This document shows, in pieces, positions 49,152 to 59,600 of a stretch of 64,000 bases of DNA; the stretch's first letter is position 1; each line of letters opens with the position of its first letter. Below the pieces are notes generated by a model. That model saw only the letters and a list, made by a program, of their open reading frames with translations. It was not told where the DNA came from and made no database searches. The stretch spans positions 3,840,001-3,904,000 of the forward strand of contig CBDCOX010000002.1 of the NCBI GenBank assembly GCA_965219995.1, given 5' to 3'. Origin of the DNA: Candidatus Latescibacterota bacterium (lineage in GTDB: Bacteria; Latescibacterota; UBA2968; GCA-2709665). The position numbers and the translations under genes were made by a program.

Positions 49152-52133
49152 TTAGATGCTTTCTTCCTGCCAGAGCTTGAGTTGCTCCGGATCGTCGATA
49201 TGGTCACCGTATGCAAGCCGTGCCAGATTGTAGAGGACCTCGAAATCGTCGGCAGCGGCGGCGACTTCTCCCTTCAAATCGATCCCGGAAAACGAACGAG
49301 AAACCGGTAGTACTTCAAGTACGGCTTCGAGCGAGGCGAAGAAGCGCGGATCCTGGTCGACCAGCGATTCTGTGAGCAACTCCTTGGCCGCAGTGAGGGA
49401 TCTGATGCGAGCCATATTGGCGGCGTGATGGATGGCATCGATCATGCTCCGTGAACCATCAGCTGGACCGAGTGTCCCCTTGGCGGCTCGCCGCGAACTA
49501 TCCCACAAGATAATATCACTGCTTTTTTTCTCTGCGAACCGACCGACAATGTCATTTTCGATATCGACACCCACTGCACGGGCAAGCCGTAAAGCTTCAT
49601 CGTAAGAAAATTTCGGCGCTTTAAACGCGTCCCACGCAAGGACAATGAAAGCCGTGATTCCATCGAGATCCTCATCGGCTCTTAGATGGGTCAGCTGTTC
49701 CAGCCGCCAGCGCTTGACCTCCCGACGAGCCGCATCCAAGGCGTCTTCAGGTGTAGCCGCGTAAGGATCCCACTCTTCCTCGAAGAGTTCCGGCTGGCGT
49801 CGCCGAAGGCGCTCTGCCGGGATTGGACGGGGCGTGCCTCGCTTCAACGGCCAGTGCCGCGAGAACTCCTCTAACGCGGGTCCGAATGAGGCCAAGTAAA
49901 GATCCACTCCGGTAATTCCGGCTTCTTGAAATCCCTGGATCCGCGAACGAACTGAGCGGGCAACAAGGGGCTCGACATCTTCCCAATATGCGGGTATAGC
50001 TTCTCCATAGTAATGTGTCGACCCTTCGCGCACCATGTCAGCGTCTGTCTCGTTCGTGCTGGGACTTCGCGGCCGACAGACTAGAAAAATAGTACTGTTA
50101 GCCGCAGCCTTTTCCTTGATGTGCAGGCTGCCCTGTGCTTCAGTGTTGATCGGCCACGACGCGGTAATCGCAAAGCCCGCATCCATAAGCCCTTTGGATA
50201 GTGCATCCCAGGCGTCTGTTTCCTTGTGCGTGAACATCAAGGTCATGATGCCGTTCGCCTTCAATGTCCTGCGGCATTCGGTAAAGATCGAAGCCATGCG
50301 CTCCTGATATTCACGCCCCGCGAGCGCCGTGGCCCCCCTCTGTCCTTTAAATTTCGCAGGATTAGCGACGGCTTCGCTTTCCTTGTCCGTCAGGTTGCGT
50401 CGGAAAAATTCCGGGAATGCATAGCCAGCGGTACGCTTGAGCCATACATAGAAAAAATCCGATAACTCGGCGTACATGACGTTGGCGTAATATGGTGGAT
50501 CAATGACGACGGAGTCAATACTTCCATCAGCGATGTGATCGAGACTATCTCCAGGTTTACACGTGATGGTGACAGCCGAAGGTGTGTGTTTGTCGACGAC
50601 ACAATCAAATAAGCCCACACCGTTCGTTTCGTGTCGAATCAAAGCAGTGAGTTCATCAATGCATTTTGCGGTCTGACGGATCGCCCAGTCGTAGCCAAGT
50701 CCGTCTATTAGAAGTGCCATTTCGGCAAAAGACCACTTGAACGAAAAATCATGTCGATCGAATGTATTCGTCATTACCTGCCTACCGACATGCCACCTTG
50801 TCATGCGTGAGTCGTAGTCACACATCTTACTCAAAGACAATGCCAAATACCCATAGGCCGCTTTCCGCATCTCGTCGAGCTTGCCTGTGTCCATATCGGA
50901 GGAGAGCATTTCACGGAATACTTCGACACTTGTTCCGTGGCAAAGAAGCTGTCGGGGAGAGAATAGATCACGCCAACGCCGCATTCCATATCTCAATGGT
51001 TCTGAGGTCTTGCTTCCGTCCGGAATTCCCTCGGCTGGTACAATGTCCAACGCCTCCCACTCAGGCAATTTTTCAGCGAGGAATTCCCGAACCTCGGTGC
51101 TATTGTCGTCCTCAGGGAGCGGCGCCCTAAATTCCCGGACCCACTTTTCGCGTGTCTTTCCAGTCTTCGTCTCGATGACGATCCGTTTCTTGTAAACAAC
51201 TGTGTAAAGCTGCTCGCCCATATGGCCCGACTGTGCCTGGGCTTTGACTTCATCACCGTCTATGACGCGTCCGCAATCGGAATACGGGCACGTGCCAGCG
51301 CCACGCGCGACCGTTCCAGACGACTGTAGCGCTGCGGAATGCACGATCTCGAATGAGCAGACACGGCCCGGCGCGCCACTGCCGGTAGCGAGATTTGGTT
51401 TCAATCTGATCCCAGTCCCATCTGGAGCCAGGCGCCAATTAGGGGAAAGAGGCACAACGCCTGCGCAATATGGACAGTTGATTGTATGTGCCCAGAGGTA
51501 GGTCACGTCAACCCGTTCTGGAAAATGTCGCTGAGGGAAGAGATCCTTAAGGCGATTTTCCACTCGACGACGCCACTCCGCGGCCAAGCCTTCGAAATAT
51601 TCCTTCATCTGCTGGGGAAAGGCAGATGGCCACTCTATAGTAGCACGCATAACCAAGGCTGCCACAGGATTCAGATCGTTGGCAATTGACGTAAGACCCA
51701 TTCGAATCGTCTCAAACGGAATACTCCCGCCGCCTGCTGTGGGATCAAGCACGGTGCGATTATCCGTACCATTCCCAAGCGTTGACTTAAGCCATATGTT
51801 GTCGGCTTTGTCCATCAAATAGCCAAATGCGCGATTGTATCCGTATGGATCTTTAACCCTGATTCCAGTCCTCCGCGCCTTCAAAATTGCATTGCGAGCA
51901 GCCACAGGATCACCATGAATCCCAAGTACGTGTAGGAACATCTCCCGATCTGCATCAGCTGGAAGAAGGGAGGCGAGGATCGCAGCACGCGAAGCTACAA
52001 GCGGGCGCCGTGCCCACCAAACGTGAAGGCGGTTCGGAGCGGGGAACGGCGTCATTGGCGTCCGTTCACGGGTGCTCTCGATACCAAGTTCGGCAATCGG
52101 GAGCCAGCGTTCTATAAGGCGGGTGTCCGACAC
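49152..52133 (-). CDS. DUF1156 adenine-specific DNA methyltransferase with zinc ribbon
   Basis: LHVWWARRPL, DPTAGGGSIPFE, DLNPVA, CPYC..CPYSDC, DPPY, YAELSDFFYVW. Confidence 0.9.
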   Translation of the reverse strand: MSDTRLIERWLPIAELGIESTRERTPMTPFPAPNRLHVWWARRPLVASRAAILASLLPADADREMFLHVLGIHGDPVAARNAILKARRTGIRVKDPYGYNRAFGYLMDKADNIWLKSTLGNGTDNRTVLDPTAGGGSIPFETIRMGLTSIANDLNPVAALVMRATIEWPSAFPQQMKEYFEGLAAEWRRRVENRLKDLFPQRHFPERVDVTYLWAHTINCPYCAGVVPLSPNWRLAPDGTGIRLKPNLATGSGAPGRVCSFEIVHSAALQSSGTVARGAGTCPYSDCGRVIDGDEVKAQAQSGHMGEQLYTVVYKKRIVIETKTGKTREKWVREFRAPLPEDDNSTEVREFLAEKLPEWEALDIVPAEGIPDGSKTSEPLRYGMRRWRDLFSPRQLLCHGTSVEVFREMLSSDMDTGKLDEMRKAAYGYLALSLSKMCDYDSRMTRWHVGRQVMTNTFDRHDFSFKWSFAEMALLIDGLGYDWAIRQTAKCIDELTALIRHETNGVGLFDCVVDKHTPSAVTITCKPGDSLDHIADGSIDSVVIDPPYYANVMYAELSDFFYVWLKRTAGYAFPEFFRRNLTDKESEAVANPAKFKGQRGATALAGREYQERMASIFTECRRTLKANGIMTLMFTHKETDAWDALSKGLMDAGFAITASWPINTEAQGSLHIKEKAAANSTIFLVCRPRSPSTNETDADMVREGSTHYYGEAIPAYWEDVEPLVARSVRSRIQGFQEAGITGVDLYLASFGPALEEFSRHWPLKRGTPRPIPAERLRRRQPELFEEEWDPYAATPEDALDAARREVKRWRLEQLTHLRADEDLDGITAFIVLAWDAFKAPKFSYDEALRLARAVGVDIENDIVGRFAEKKSSDIILWDSSRRAAKGTLGPADGSRSMIDAIHHAANMARIRSLTAAKELLTESLVDQDPRFFASLEAVLEVLPVSRSFSGIDLKGEVAAAADDFEVLYNLARLAYGDHIDDPEQLKLWQEESI

Positions 52134-52155
52134 TTTAATCCTTTGGTCTCTTTAT

Positions 52156-53118
52156 CTATCGCTTGGTGAGCTTTGGACCGGCATATACGATGTAGACGGG
52201 CTCGCCGAATCGTATGGGCCAGGAGAAGTGCAGGCGGAGGTTCAGGTGGCGCTCCTTGCCGTGCCACGCACAAAAAATGGCTTTCTGCCGATCCTCCGGA
52301 TGTGGAAATGTCAATTCCCCTTGAAATTCGTTTTTTTCCGAATCTGACGAGTCTGAGAATAACGCATTCTTTCCACCCGTAAAGTAGTTTCGGTAAATCC
52401 AATGGCCTTCACGTGTCCTCGCACCATCTGCATCGAACGCGCAAGCAAATTGATCCAGAGTGCCTAGCAGGAAGAGAATGCGCTGGGAAGAGCTCTGGGA
52501 GAACGGTCTCCCCACAAGGCGCTCGAAGCAGTCGTCGGCGAATGTAAGCCTCCTGAAACGGTTCGTCGCAAAAACCCGCAAAGCTTCCCACGACCGGAGC
52601 GGTGCCGGATTGTCTTGTAGTGTCTTTTCCAACCCTGCGGCATCAAGGCAATTCTCGAGTAGTGCAATTTGATCGTCCAATCCCTCCGCCTGTCGCCTCC
52701 AGGTCACCTCCACGGGCGAAAAGTTCCAAAGGGAGGGTGTAACGCTAACCAAGCCACATTCGACCTTGTGTAGCATTCGATACGCCGCTTCCCCCACCGC
52801 AGAATCCGTGACGATATCGTCTCTGCATTCCAGGTAATCGTCTCGACCGTGCTGGCGAAGATCGTCCCAGAATGGACCGCCGCGCGTCAGCCACGCCATT
52901 GCGGCTCGCCGTTCACTGATGCTGAGGCGCCCAAGCGCCTGCTGCATCGTCAAGTGACGCATTGGGTTGGTCGTAAGGATCGCACGATGGCAATGTACCT
53001 CACGACCGAATCTGCGGGCAACATTGCGCATGGCCATGAGCCGAGCAAGCGATTCGCGAAAGGAAAAAATGTCGTGGAATTGTTCGTGAATCGAGAGGTC
53101 GTTCGTGAAGAGTTCCAA
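52156..53118 (-). CDS. Hypothetical protein, candidate Menshen NsnC-like effector
   Basis: Starts 1 nt after the ATPase stop. C-terminal WHGK...RLHF..VYIVYAGPK suggests a RelE-like RNase fold (inference). Confidence 0.55.
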   Translation of the reverse strand: MELFTNDLSIHEQFHDIFSFRESLARLMAMRNVARRFGREVHCHRAILTTNPMRHLTMQQALGRLSISERRAAMAWLTRGGPFWDDLRQHGRDDYLECRDDIVTDSAVGEAAYRMLHKVECGLVSVTPSLWNFSPVEVTWRRQAEGLDDQIALLENCLDAAGLEKTLQDNPAPLRSWEALRVFATNRFRRLTFADDCFERLVGRPFSQSSSQRILFLLGTLDQFACAFDADGARTREGHWIYRNYFTGGKNALFSDSSDSEKNEFQGELTFPHPEDRQKAIFCAWHGKERHLNLRLHFSWPIRFGEPVYIVYAGPKLTKR

Positions 53119-53119
53119 G

Positions 53120-54259
53120 TCAACTCCAGCCCGCGAAATAATTCATATCCTTGTCGAATTGGTCGAAAAACCCATCCGGCCAACTATCGACATTGCCGTC
53201 GCTGTCCAAGATTGGACTCTCCACCTGAATTGCACCCTCCAGTTCTTCGTCCTTTCGAAGTCTAAAGAAATGCAGAGCGGTGTCCTCGGGAGCCAGAATG
53301 CGCCCTTTTACAGCGCGTCTAACACCGTTCAGCACGTGATCGCTATGCGTCTCAAGAATGACCTGGACTCCTGCAGCCGCGACCTCGGCAAGAAACCCGC
53401 CCATCGCCGCCTGTCCTGCAGGATGGAGATGCACTTCCGGATTTTCAATCAGCAGCAAACCATCCTCGTCAGTGGACAAGGCTGCAACGACAATAGGAAG
53501 AACCTGCGTCAATCCGAAGCCGGTATGAATCGGTCGATGGAAATCTGTGCTCCTCGATGTCCGAATTCCCAGAGTCACTGCATTGGCTTGAGGGACCTTT
53601 TCGACAGTCAACTCGCAACCCGGGAAAAAGCGGCTCATACGCGCCTCGACCTGGCGGAGCCGGGTCGGTACCACACCCTCAATTATTAAGTCATCCAGAA
53701 CACGCAGGTCACGGCCAGAGTACAAAACACTGGCAGCGTGTTCTCCCCTTGGACCGACGACGGACGTACGCTGAGGATCCTCTAACGGATAGGTCTCGCG
53801 TGGCCCCAGTCTCTCCGCTGTGAGGTATGCGAGCCTGCACAGGCGATCAGCCAATTCTTCGCCGCATGACGTTGGGATTAGGTGGTGCAATACCGCGGGT
53901 GGATTTTCCTCGACGTCGCCGCTGCGGACGCGCGTCACCGCCATCGACATCTCGTCGCGTTGGCCCGCGAATTCCCATTGATACGATGTCTCACTGTCCC
54001 ACAGCCCGATCTCGCAGGAACGACGCCCGTGAACCTGGTCGATCACGTCGAACACGGTGCCAAGTTCAACGGAAGCACCGTTGAGCATCAGGCGGTAGGA
54101 CCATTCATATTCCCGCATCGTCTGGTGGAGAAGGACGAGTGCTTGTAATACAGAGGACTTCCCAGAAGCGTTGGAACCCGACAACAAGGTCAGCGGGCTC
54201 AGTGGGAGCTGTAACAACGTGAAGCACTTAAAATGCCGTAGATCAAGCCGTGTGAGCAT
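53120..54259 (-). CDS. ABC/AAA-type ATPase with DUF3696-like C-terminus (Menshen NsnB-like)
   Basis: HFKCF, LSGSNASGKSS, GFGLTQVLPI, IENPEVHLHPAGQ, ETHSDHVLNG, WPDGFFDQ. Confidence 0.85.
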   Translation of the reverse strand: MLTRLDLRHFKCFTLLQLPLSPLTLLSGSNASGKSSVLQALVLLHQTMREYEWSYRLMLNGASVELGTVFDVIDQVHGRRSCEIGLWDSETSYQWEFAGQRDEMSMAVTRVRSGDVEENPPAVLHHLIPTSCGEELADRLCRLAYLTAERLGPRETYPLEDPQRTSVVGPRGEHAASVLYSGRDLRVLDDLIIEGVVPTRLRQVEARMSRFFPGCELTVEKVPQANAVTLGIRTSRSTDFHRPIHTGFGLTQVLPIVVAALSTDEDGLLLIENPEVHLHPAGQAAMGGFLAEVAAAGVQVILETHSDHVLNGVRRAVKGRILAPEDTALHFFRLRKDEELEGAIQVESPILDSDGNVDSWPDGFFDQFDKDMNYFAGWS

Positions 54260-55352
54260 CAAGAATCTCCTCGAAAACTACCCGTGTCATCTCAAACCGC
54301 GTTCTTACCTTCTTGGCATTGTTTGGACCATAGGTAATCGCGCCATTGAACTCCTCGTCCCTGAAAAGACGATATATGGCTTTTCGAAGAGGACGAGCGC
54401 ATGCTTCTACATGCTCTGCCGCGTAGAAGGACAAGCCGGTGGACATTACGTCCCAAAAGGATGCATTCAGCACGCTTCGCCACTCCTGTCCTGGCTCGTG
54501 CTTTCTGAATGCATGCCGTCCGAATAGCAAGTAATTATTGGCAAGGCCCCCGTGAAATTGCTCCTTAAGTCGTGATAGACGCGATTCCTCCATCTTGTTC
54601 ATTTGACGCAAGCAATTTGCAAGAAAGTCATCCATGTCGCCGCGATACTCAGCAAGCTCTAGAAGCCGAAAAGCGCAAAATCGATTTACAAATTCACGAT
54701 CGCGCATTGTCTTCCTGTTCAGGCTTCCGCCCGTTGCCTTAAGGAAAATCTCGCTTCGCGACTGCTCCTTCAAAAAGCGAGTCGCTCTTCCCACGAAGAG
54801 GCAGTTACGCATCTGTTGCCGTGTAAGCGGCACTCCTCCGTTCACCCGTTCAAAAATATCAAGGCGGGCGCGTTCGGGTGCCTTCGAGTCAATTATGTAG
54901 AAGATTAGGTTGCAGTCTTCGACACGATTCTGAAGCTTTGGCGACAGGTCAAAAAAGCTTCTCCCATTTAGTTCATTCCGGTCCGGCAGCGATAGCTTCA
55001 GATCACCTTGCACAAATCGCTGGAATGTGGATATGCGCTGTAAACCATCGACGACAACCATCCGACCTTCATCATCCTCCGCAAGATAAAACACGGGCAG
55101 CGGAATCCTCATGATCACGGATTCGATTAGTTTGCTTTGCTTATCTTCAGGCCAGATGAAGTCTCGTTGAAAGTCCGGATCCATGACGTAGTTGCCCTGA
55201 TCAATGCGCCGAACGACGTCATGAATCGTCCGACTCTCTTGGCGAATCAATAGATCGTCAATCGGGTAGTCGCCCCAAGATTCGCCTTCGCTGTCCAAAC
55301 CTTCGATTTCTTCTACAAAGTCAGTCGACTGATCGGATTGTTGGGCTTCCAT
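54243..55352 (-). CDS. DUF262 ParB-like domain protein (Menshen NsnA-like)
   Basis: PDFQRDFIW, SKLIES..MRIPLP, VVDGLQR, IFERVNGGVPL. Overlaps the ATPase start. Confidence 0.85.
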   Translation of the reverse strand: MEAQQSDQSTDFVEEIEGLDSEGESWGDYPIDDLLIRQESRTIHDVVRRIDQGNYVMDPDFQRDFIWPEDKQSKLIESVIMRIPLPVFYLAEDDEGRMVVVDGLQRISTFQRFVQGDLKLSLPDRNELNGRSFFDLSPKLQNRVEDCNLIFYIIDSKAPERARLDIFERVNGGVPLTRQQMRNCLFVGRATRFLKEQSRSEIFLKATGGSLNRKTMRDREFVNRFCAFRLLELAEYRGDMDDFLANCLRQMNKMEESRLSRLKEQFHGGLANNYLLFGRHAFRKHEPGQEWRSVLNASFWDVMSTGLSFYAAEHVEACARPLRKAIYRLFRDEEFNGAITYGPNNAKKVRTRFEMTRVVFEEILDAHTA

Positions 55353-55730
55353 TGTGTCATTTCTCCGTATCGATCCATTATCGGATGTGCCGCCCATTTC
55401 TTCATTCTACTCGTTAGGAAACGCCGCGCCCCCTCGCACATAAAGCCCTTCTTTGAGGGTCAATTGAAAACCCGCCTCGAAGCCTTTGGGACTTACACCG
55501 CAAAACTGCGGAACCAGGAATTCCTTCACCAACAGCGAGTTCACTCGCAGTGCTATTGATGCCAGGCTGTTCGATCCGAAGCCAGCGTACGGTCAAGCGA
55601 AAGTCGCGCGTTTAAAATACTCGTGGCTGGTTTCAAGTCAGAGGTGATGCTGAAATCGACTCCTTTCCGACCGCCTTAGCTAAGGCCGAGTAACCCGACT
55701 TCAAGGTCATTGCTGCTTTCTCTGCTCATG

Positions 55731-56051
55731 TTATTGCTCAAACGCCGCGGTGATTTTGTGCGCCCATTTCGAGCCTTCCCGGAGGTCGTTCTTTGTTACC
55801 ACAGGAAGATCGCGAAAGACGATTCGAGACATCCACTTTTTCGAACCGGCAATGCACTCATAGCCGATTGTCCACCGAAAGATACTACCAACCTGCATTT
55901 TTGCTTCTTCGTTTTCTGACAATTTACCCAGGGGTATATGTGCTTCTTCTTTCGCATACTTCATTCCTGCCGTGAGGTCGGTCAAACGTGCAGAAAACTC
56001 TGTATCACCAATTTCAGTGACATCACCTTCCCATTCCTGCTGTATCTCCAT
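55731..56051 (-). CDS. Hypothetical protein
   Basis: 106-aa ORF (QEWEGDVTEI..EFSARL.DL...FRWTIGY) with a GGAGG RBS. Confidence 0.7.
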   Translation of the reverse strand: MEIQQEWEGDVTEIGDTEFSARLTDLTAGMKYAKEEAHIPLGKLSENEEAKMQVGSIFRWTIGYECIAGSKKWMSRIVFRDLPVVTKNDLREGSKWAHKITAAFEQ

Positions 56052-56129
56052 TCAGTCTGTCCCTCCGCAGTAGCTAGCGGAATATTCCGTGACAATTCAA
56101 ATCTTGACAAGAGGCCATTCCGATCTTGT

Positions 56130-56609
56130 TCATCGTCTCGGCTCCGTTAAAAGAAGCCGTAAAGCCGCGAGCACGCGGCGAGGATACTTGCGGTGGACTG
56201 CCATGCCCAGCCAATATGCCGCCTCTTCGCGACCCATTGCCTCGATGCCTTCAGCAACCGCCCGTATGTTCTGACGACTTCGCATTGGAGCAAGCGTACG
56301 GAATAGGAGCCCAATCATCAACGCTACATCTTCGGTTACGGTGTAGCCTCGTTTTTTGGTGTCCACGCTACGCGTTGGATTGACGCCCGAGCGCGTCAGC
56401 CGCTTAAGTACTCGATGCTCGACCAATTCCAGGTTGCGGCCTCGAAGGCCGGCGACACGAAGCGGTGACGTGACCTGTGGAGTAGCTATCGTGGGGACCT
56501 GCCAGATCTCGTATTCGGCGCCAATAGATCCGTATCGCCGTACTCGCAATTCGTACCGAGGCGCGGAGTCTGGAGGATTGACTTGGGCAATTGTCTCAGG
56601 TTGCGCCAT
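56130..56609 (-). CDS. Hypothetical protein coupled to the DUF499 ATPase (DUF3780-position gene)
   Basis: Overlaps the ATPase stop. C-terminal EEAAYWLGM...ALRLLL pattern. Confidence 0.7.
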   Translation of the reverse strand: MAQPETIAQVNPPDSAPRYELRVRRYGSIGAEYEIWQVPTIATPQVTSPLRVAGLRGRNLELVEHRVLKRLTRSGVNPTRSVDTKKRGYTVTEDVALMIGLLFRTLAPMRSRQNIRAVAEGIEAMGREEAAYWLGMAVHRKYPRRVLAALRLLLTEPRR

Positions 56610-59600
56610 CTGATTCCTCGATTCTCGCCGTTGCGGAAACATAGGCGCCGCCGCTTGCAAACCGGGTAAGCCGCTCGGTAATTTTCTCCGCCGCATCTCC
56701 CCGCAACGGAAGCCCCAGCTCGAATCTTATTTGGAATGCGGTATCAATAGACTTTGTACTTGCCGCCCGCAGTTGTGGTTCCAGAAACTCCTTAACCGGC
56801 TGAGCATCCGATACCGAGCCCTGAAATTCCAGTTCTAACGACCCTCGTTCGGTGGTTTCATAACCTCCGGTTAGTTTTACTACTTTTTCTGCTCCTGATA
56901 TTCCGCCAACGGCGCCGAAGATACGGAATGCGTCGCTCGCCTCAAATAGATTGATGGACAATTCCCCGATGGCCTCCACTTCCTTTGCTCGTGCCTGCTC
57001 CCACAACTGGACGAGCGCCTCCTTGAGAATTCCCTCGGCGCTGAAGGATTCGGATCCATCTCCAGCCGAATAGGGTTTGATCGGACTTCGGTGCAAGGAT
57101 TCACGAGACCCAGTGATCTGTCCGGTCGGAACTGCCGAGTGTTCTTCTTCAGTCTCGTTCTCTTGACCACCAGCGGGACTCCGTGGCCAGATGCCGGTAT
57201 TTTCGGCGTATGCCATCGTGAAGACGACTGCTTGTTCGTCGATCATTATGGCAGCCACGGGATCGCCCTGACCGAACAACAATTCCCCGCGCTGGTACAC
57301 GTATTCGCCCTGCTCGATGCCGCGCCGTATGCCACGAATGTAGATGTCGTCGCCAATCAGGATTGGGAGGGCGGGATCCCGCCTGAATTCCTCGCGCAGC
57401 GCTAGCGTGGTAAGCTGCCCCTTCTTGAGCGGCGTACGGTCCCTGACATAAGCGGGCGAATCGGGCTGGTCTTCGGATAGACGCAGTTTATTGAGATCCC
57501 GCAATGCTCGCACAACCTGCTTTTGTCCCGCTCCAGGTCGATCCGAAGCCGATTGAATGTCGATAGCCGTATGGCCAAGATCGGTGTCACTTGCACCAAT
57601 CCGGTTACGTGACGGGTAGAAAACGTGGCGATAACATTGTTGAACTGCAATCGCCAGCTCGTGTTCGGATCGGGCTTCCAACTCGCGCACCTTGGCTTGC
57701 TGGTGCTCCACCAAATCCTTCATTCGCTCCGGCTTTTTCAGTTCCTGCAATGCCAGACGGCGACTGGCCATCCGCCGCATATCTTCCTTGCGAGTTTCGT
57801 CCGCGACCACAAAGACCAGGTTGTTTCGAAGAGCGCGCAAGGCCGAACCCTCGGATCCCTTGCGGGAAAAGATACGGTCGATCAGTTCGGGGACCTCATC
57901 AACAGAGCCACCTATAGTAAGCCCATCGTAGGCCAAAACCGCCAGTTTGGGCCGGCCGTCGCCGACCTCATCAGGAACGTCAAACGGCCCACCTGGGAAA
58001 AGCACTGTCTCAAACGTCTTGTTATCAAAAATGTCGCGAATTGTGTCATTGAGTTCGGCGCGGGTTTCTCCGGCATCGACGTGCTGTTCCTCACGGCGGA
58101 TGATTTGGCGCAGATTGGCCTCAGCCAGAAAACGCATTGGCGCGCCCGGACGGTCGTCCAGATAAGCCGACTCTGCAATGAACTTCCTCCGTGCCACTTC
58201 GACAAAACTGATGTCTATCGTGGGTCCAACGATCGAATAGCGAAGTTGCTCTTGCGAGATGCCCTTTAGTGGGTCGTTAAAGGCAAGTGTATGCATGAAT
58301 ACGGTGCGTGCGACATATACAGTATAGGGCGGCAATCCCGCGTGATCCCTCGCATCGATATCTTCAGCTAAGGCCTTTTTCTCGACCGGTCCTGCGGCAA
58401 TATCGTTGGTGATGGCCGGATTATATGCAGACTGTCCAAGCCGTGTTACGATTTCCTGACGAATCGGTTGGTATCCAGGATTGACATGATGAAGATGGAT
58501 TGCTGTCGCGTCCTTGGGCTTTTCTGTCCAAAGATGGGAAATCGTGCGTGCCAATAGCCGTAACATCCCGCGAACCCGTTGAAAATTACCCAGTGTCGCC
58601 GTTTTGCCAGTCAGGGTTGACAAGATTTCTGGATGAAGCGGATAAGTCGATCCTAATGTCTCGACTGTTTCGGCACGGTTCGCATCATCATGCAGGTCGT
58701 CTCTGTTGGCCATCCAACAGGCCTTATAGGCATCTACGATTGCTGGAATTCTCGTTTCATCGATGGACTCAAACAGCCGGCGTCGGAGGACTTGAACTGT
58801 TTCGTCTTCCTCAGTGGGGTTCAATAGCGTCGCCTTACGCGCGGAGACGCTCTCCGCTTCCGCCATATTGTCAGCGATAAATTGGTTCTCTTCGTTGTAT
58901 GCGTCGGTTGCCCGACCGTCTTTTCCAATCGCCAGTGTATAAACTAGGACTGCATTGGGAACGCTTTCGACCGCCTTGAACAACGAAGTCAGGAATGCGG
59001 TCAACTGAAAACGAGCGTCTTCAATGTTGCGTACCTTGCGCAAGTAAACGGACAACTCATCGAGAAGTATCAGCACGGGTTCGTGACCGAACAGTTCGCG
59101 GAGTGTCCCGGCGCCAGGCGCAATCCGACTCTCGTCGCTTTTGCGTACCCGTTCGTATCCATCCTCGCCGGCAAGCGCATAGGCGATCTCTCCCCATGGA
59201 GTGTAGGCGAAAAGCCCTTCACTCATTCTGCGCCCATTCGCAGGATCGGCGTTCTCACCGTCGAAGGCCGCGATGCGTACGCGGGTCTGCGGCAAGATAG
59301 TTGGATCGACAAATTCGGCAATATCCGACACTCCCTCCATGCCCCGCGCGGCATGACATAATGCGATCAGCCCATGTGTCTTGCCGCCCCCGTAGGAGGT
59401 GTCCAGCCGAAAAATCGAAGCGACTTCACCACCTGTGCCGGACAAACGCTGGCAGACGTTTTCCAACAGGTTCTTCAAGCCCCTTGTGGGATAAGTGTTT
59501 GCGAAGAATCGCGCCGGGTCGAGGTATTCGGCATTCCCCTCTCCCGTGATGACCTGTGCCAGATCCGCCGCGAAATCGGCTTCGGTGATCGTTCCTTCGA

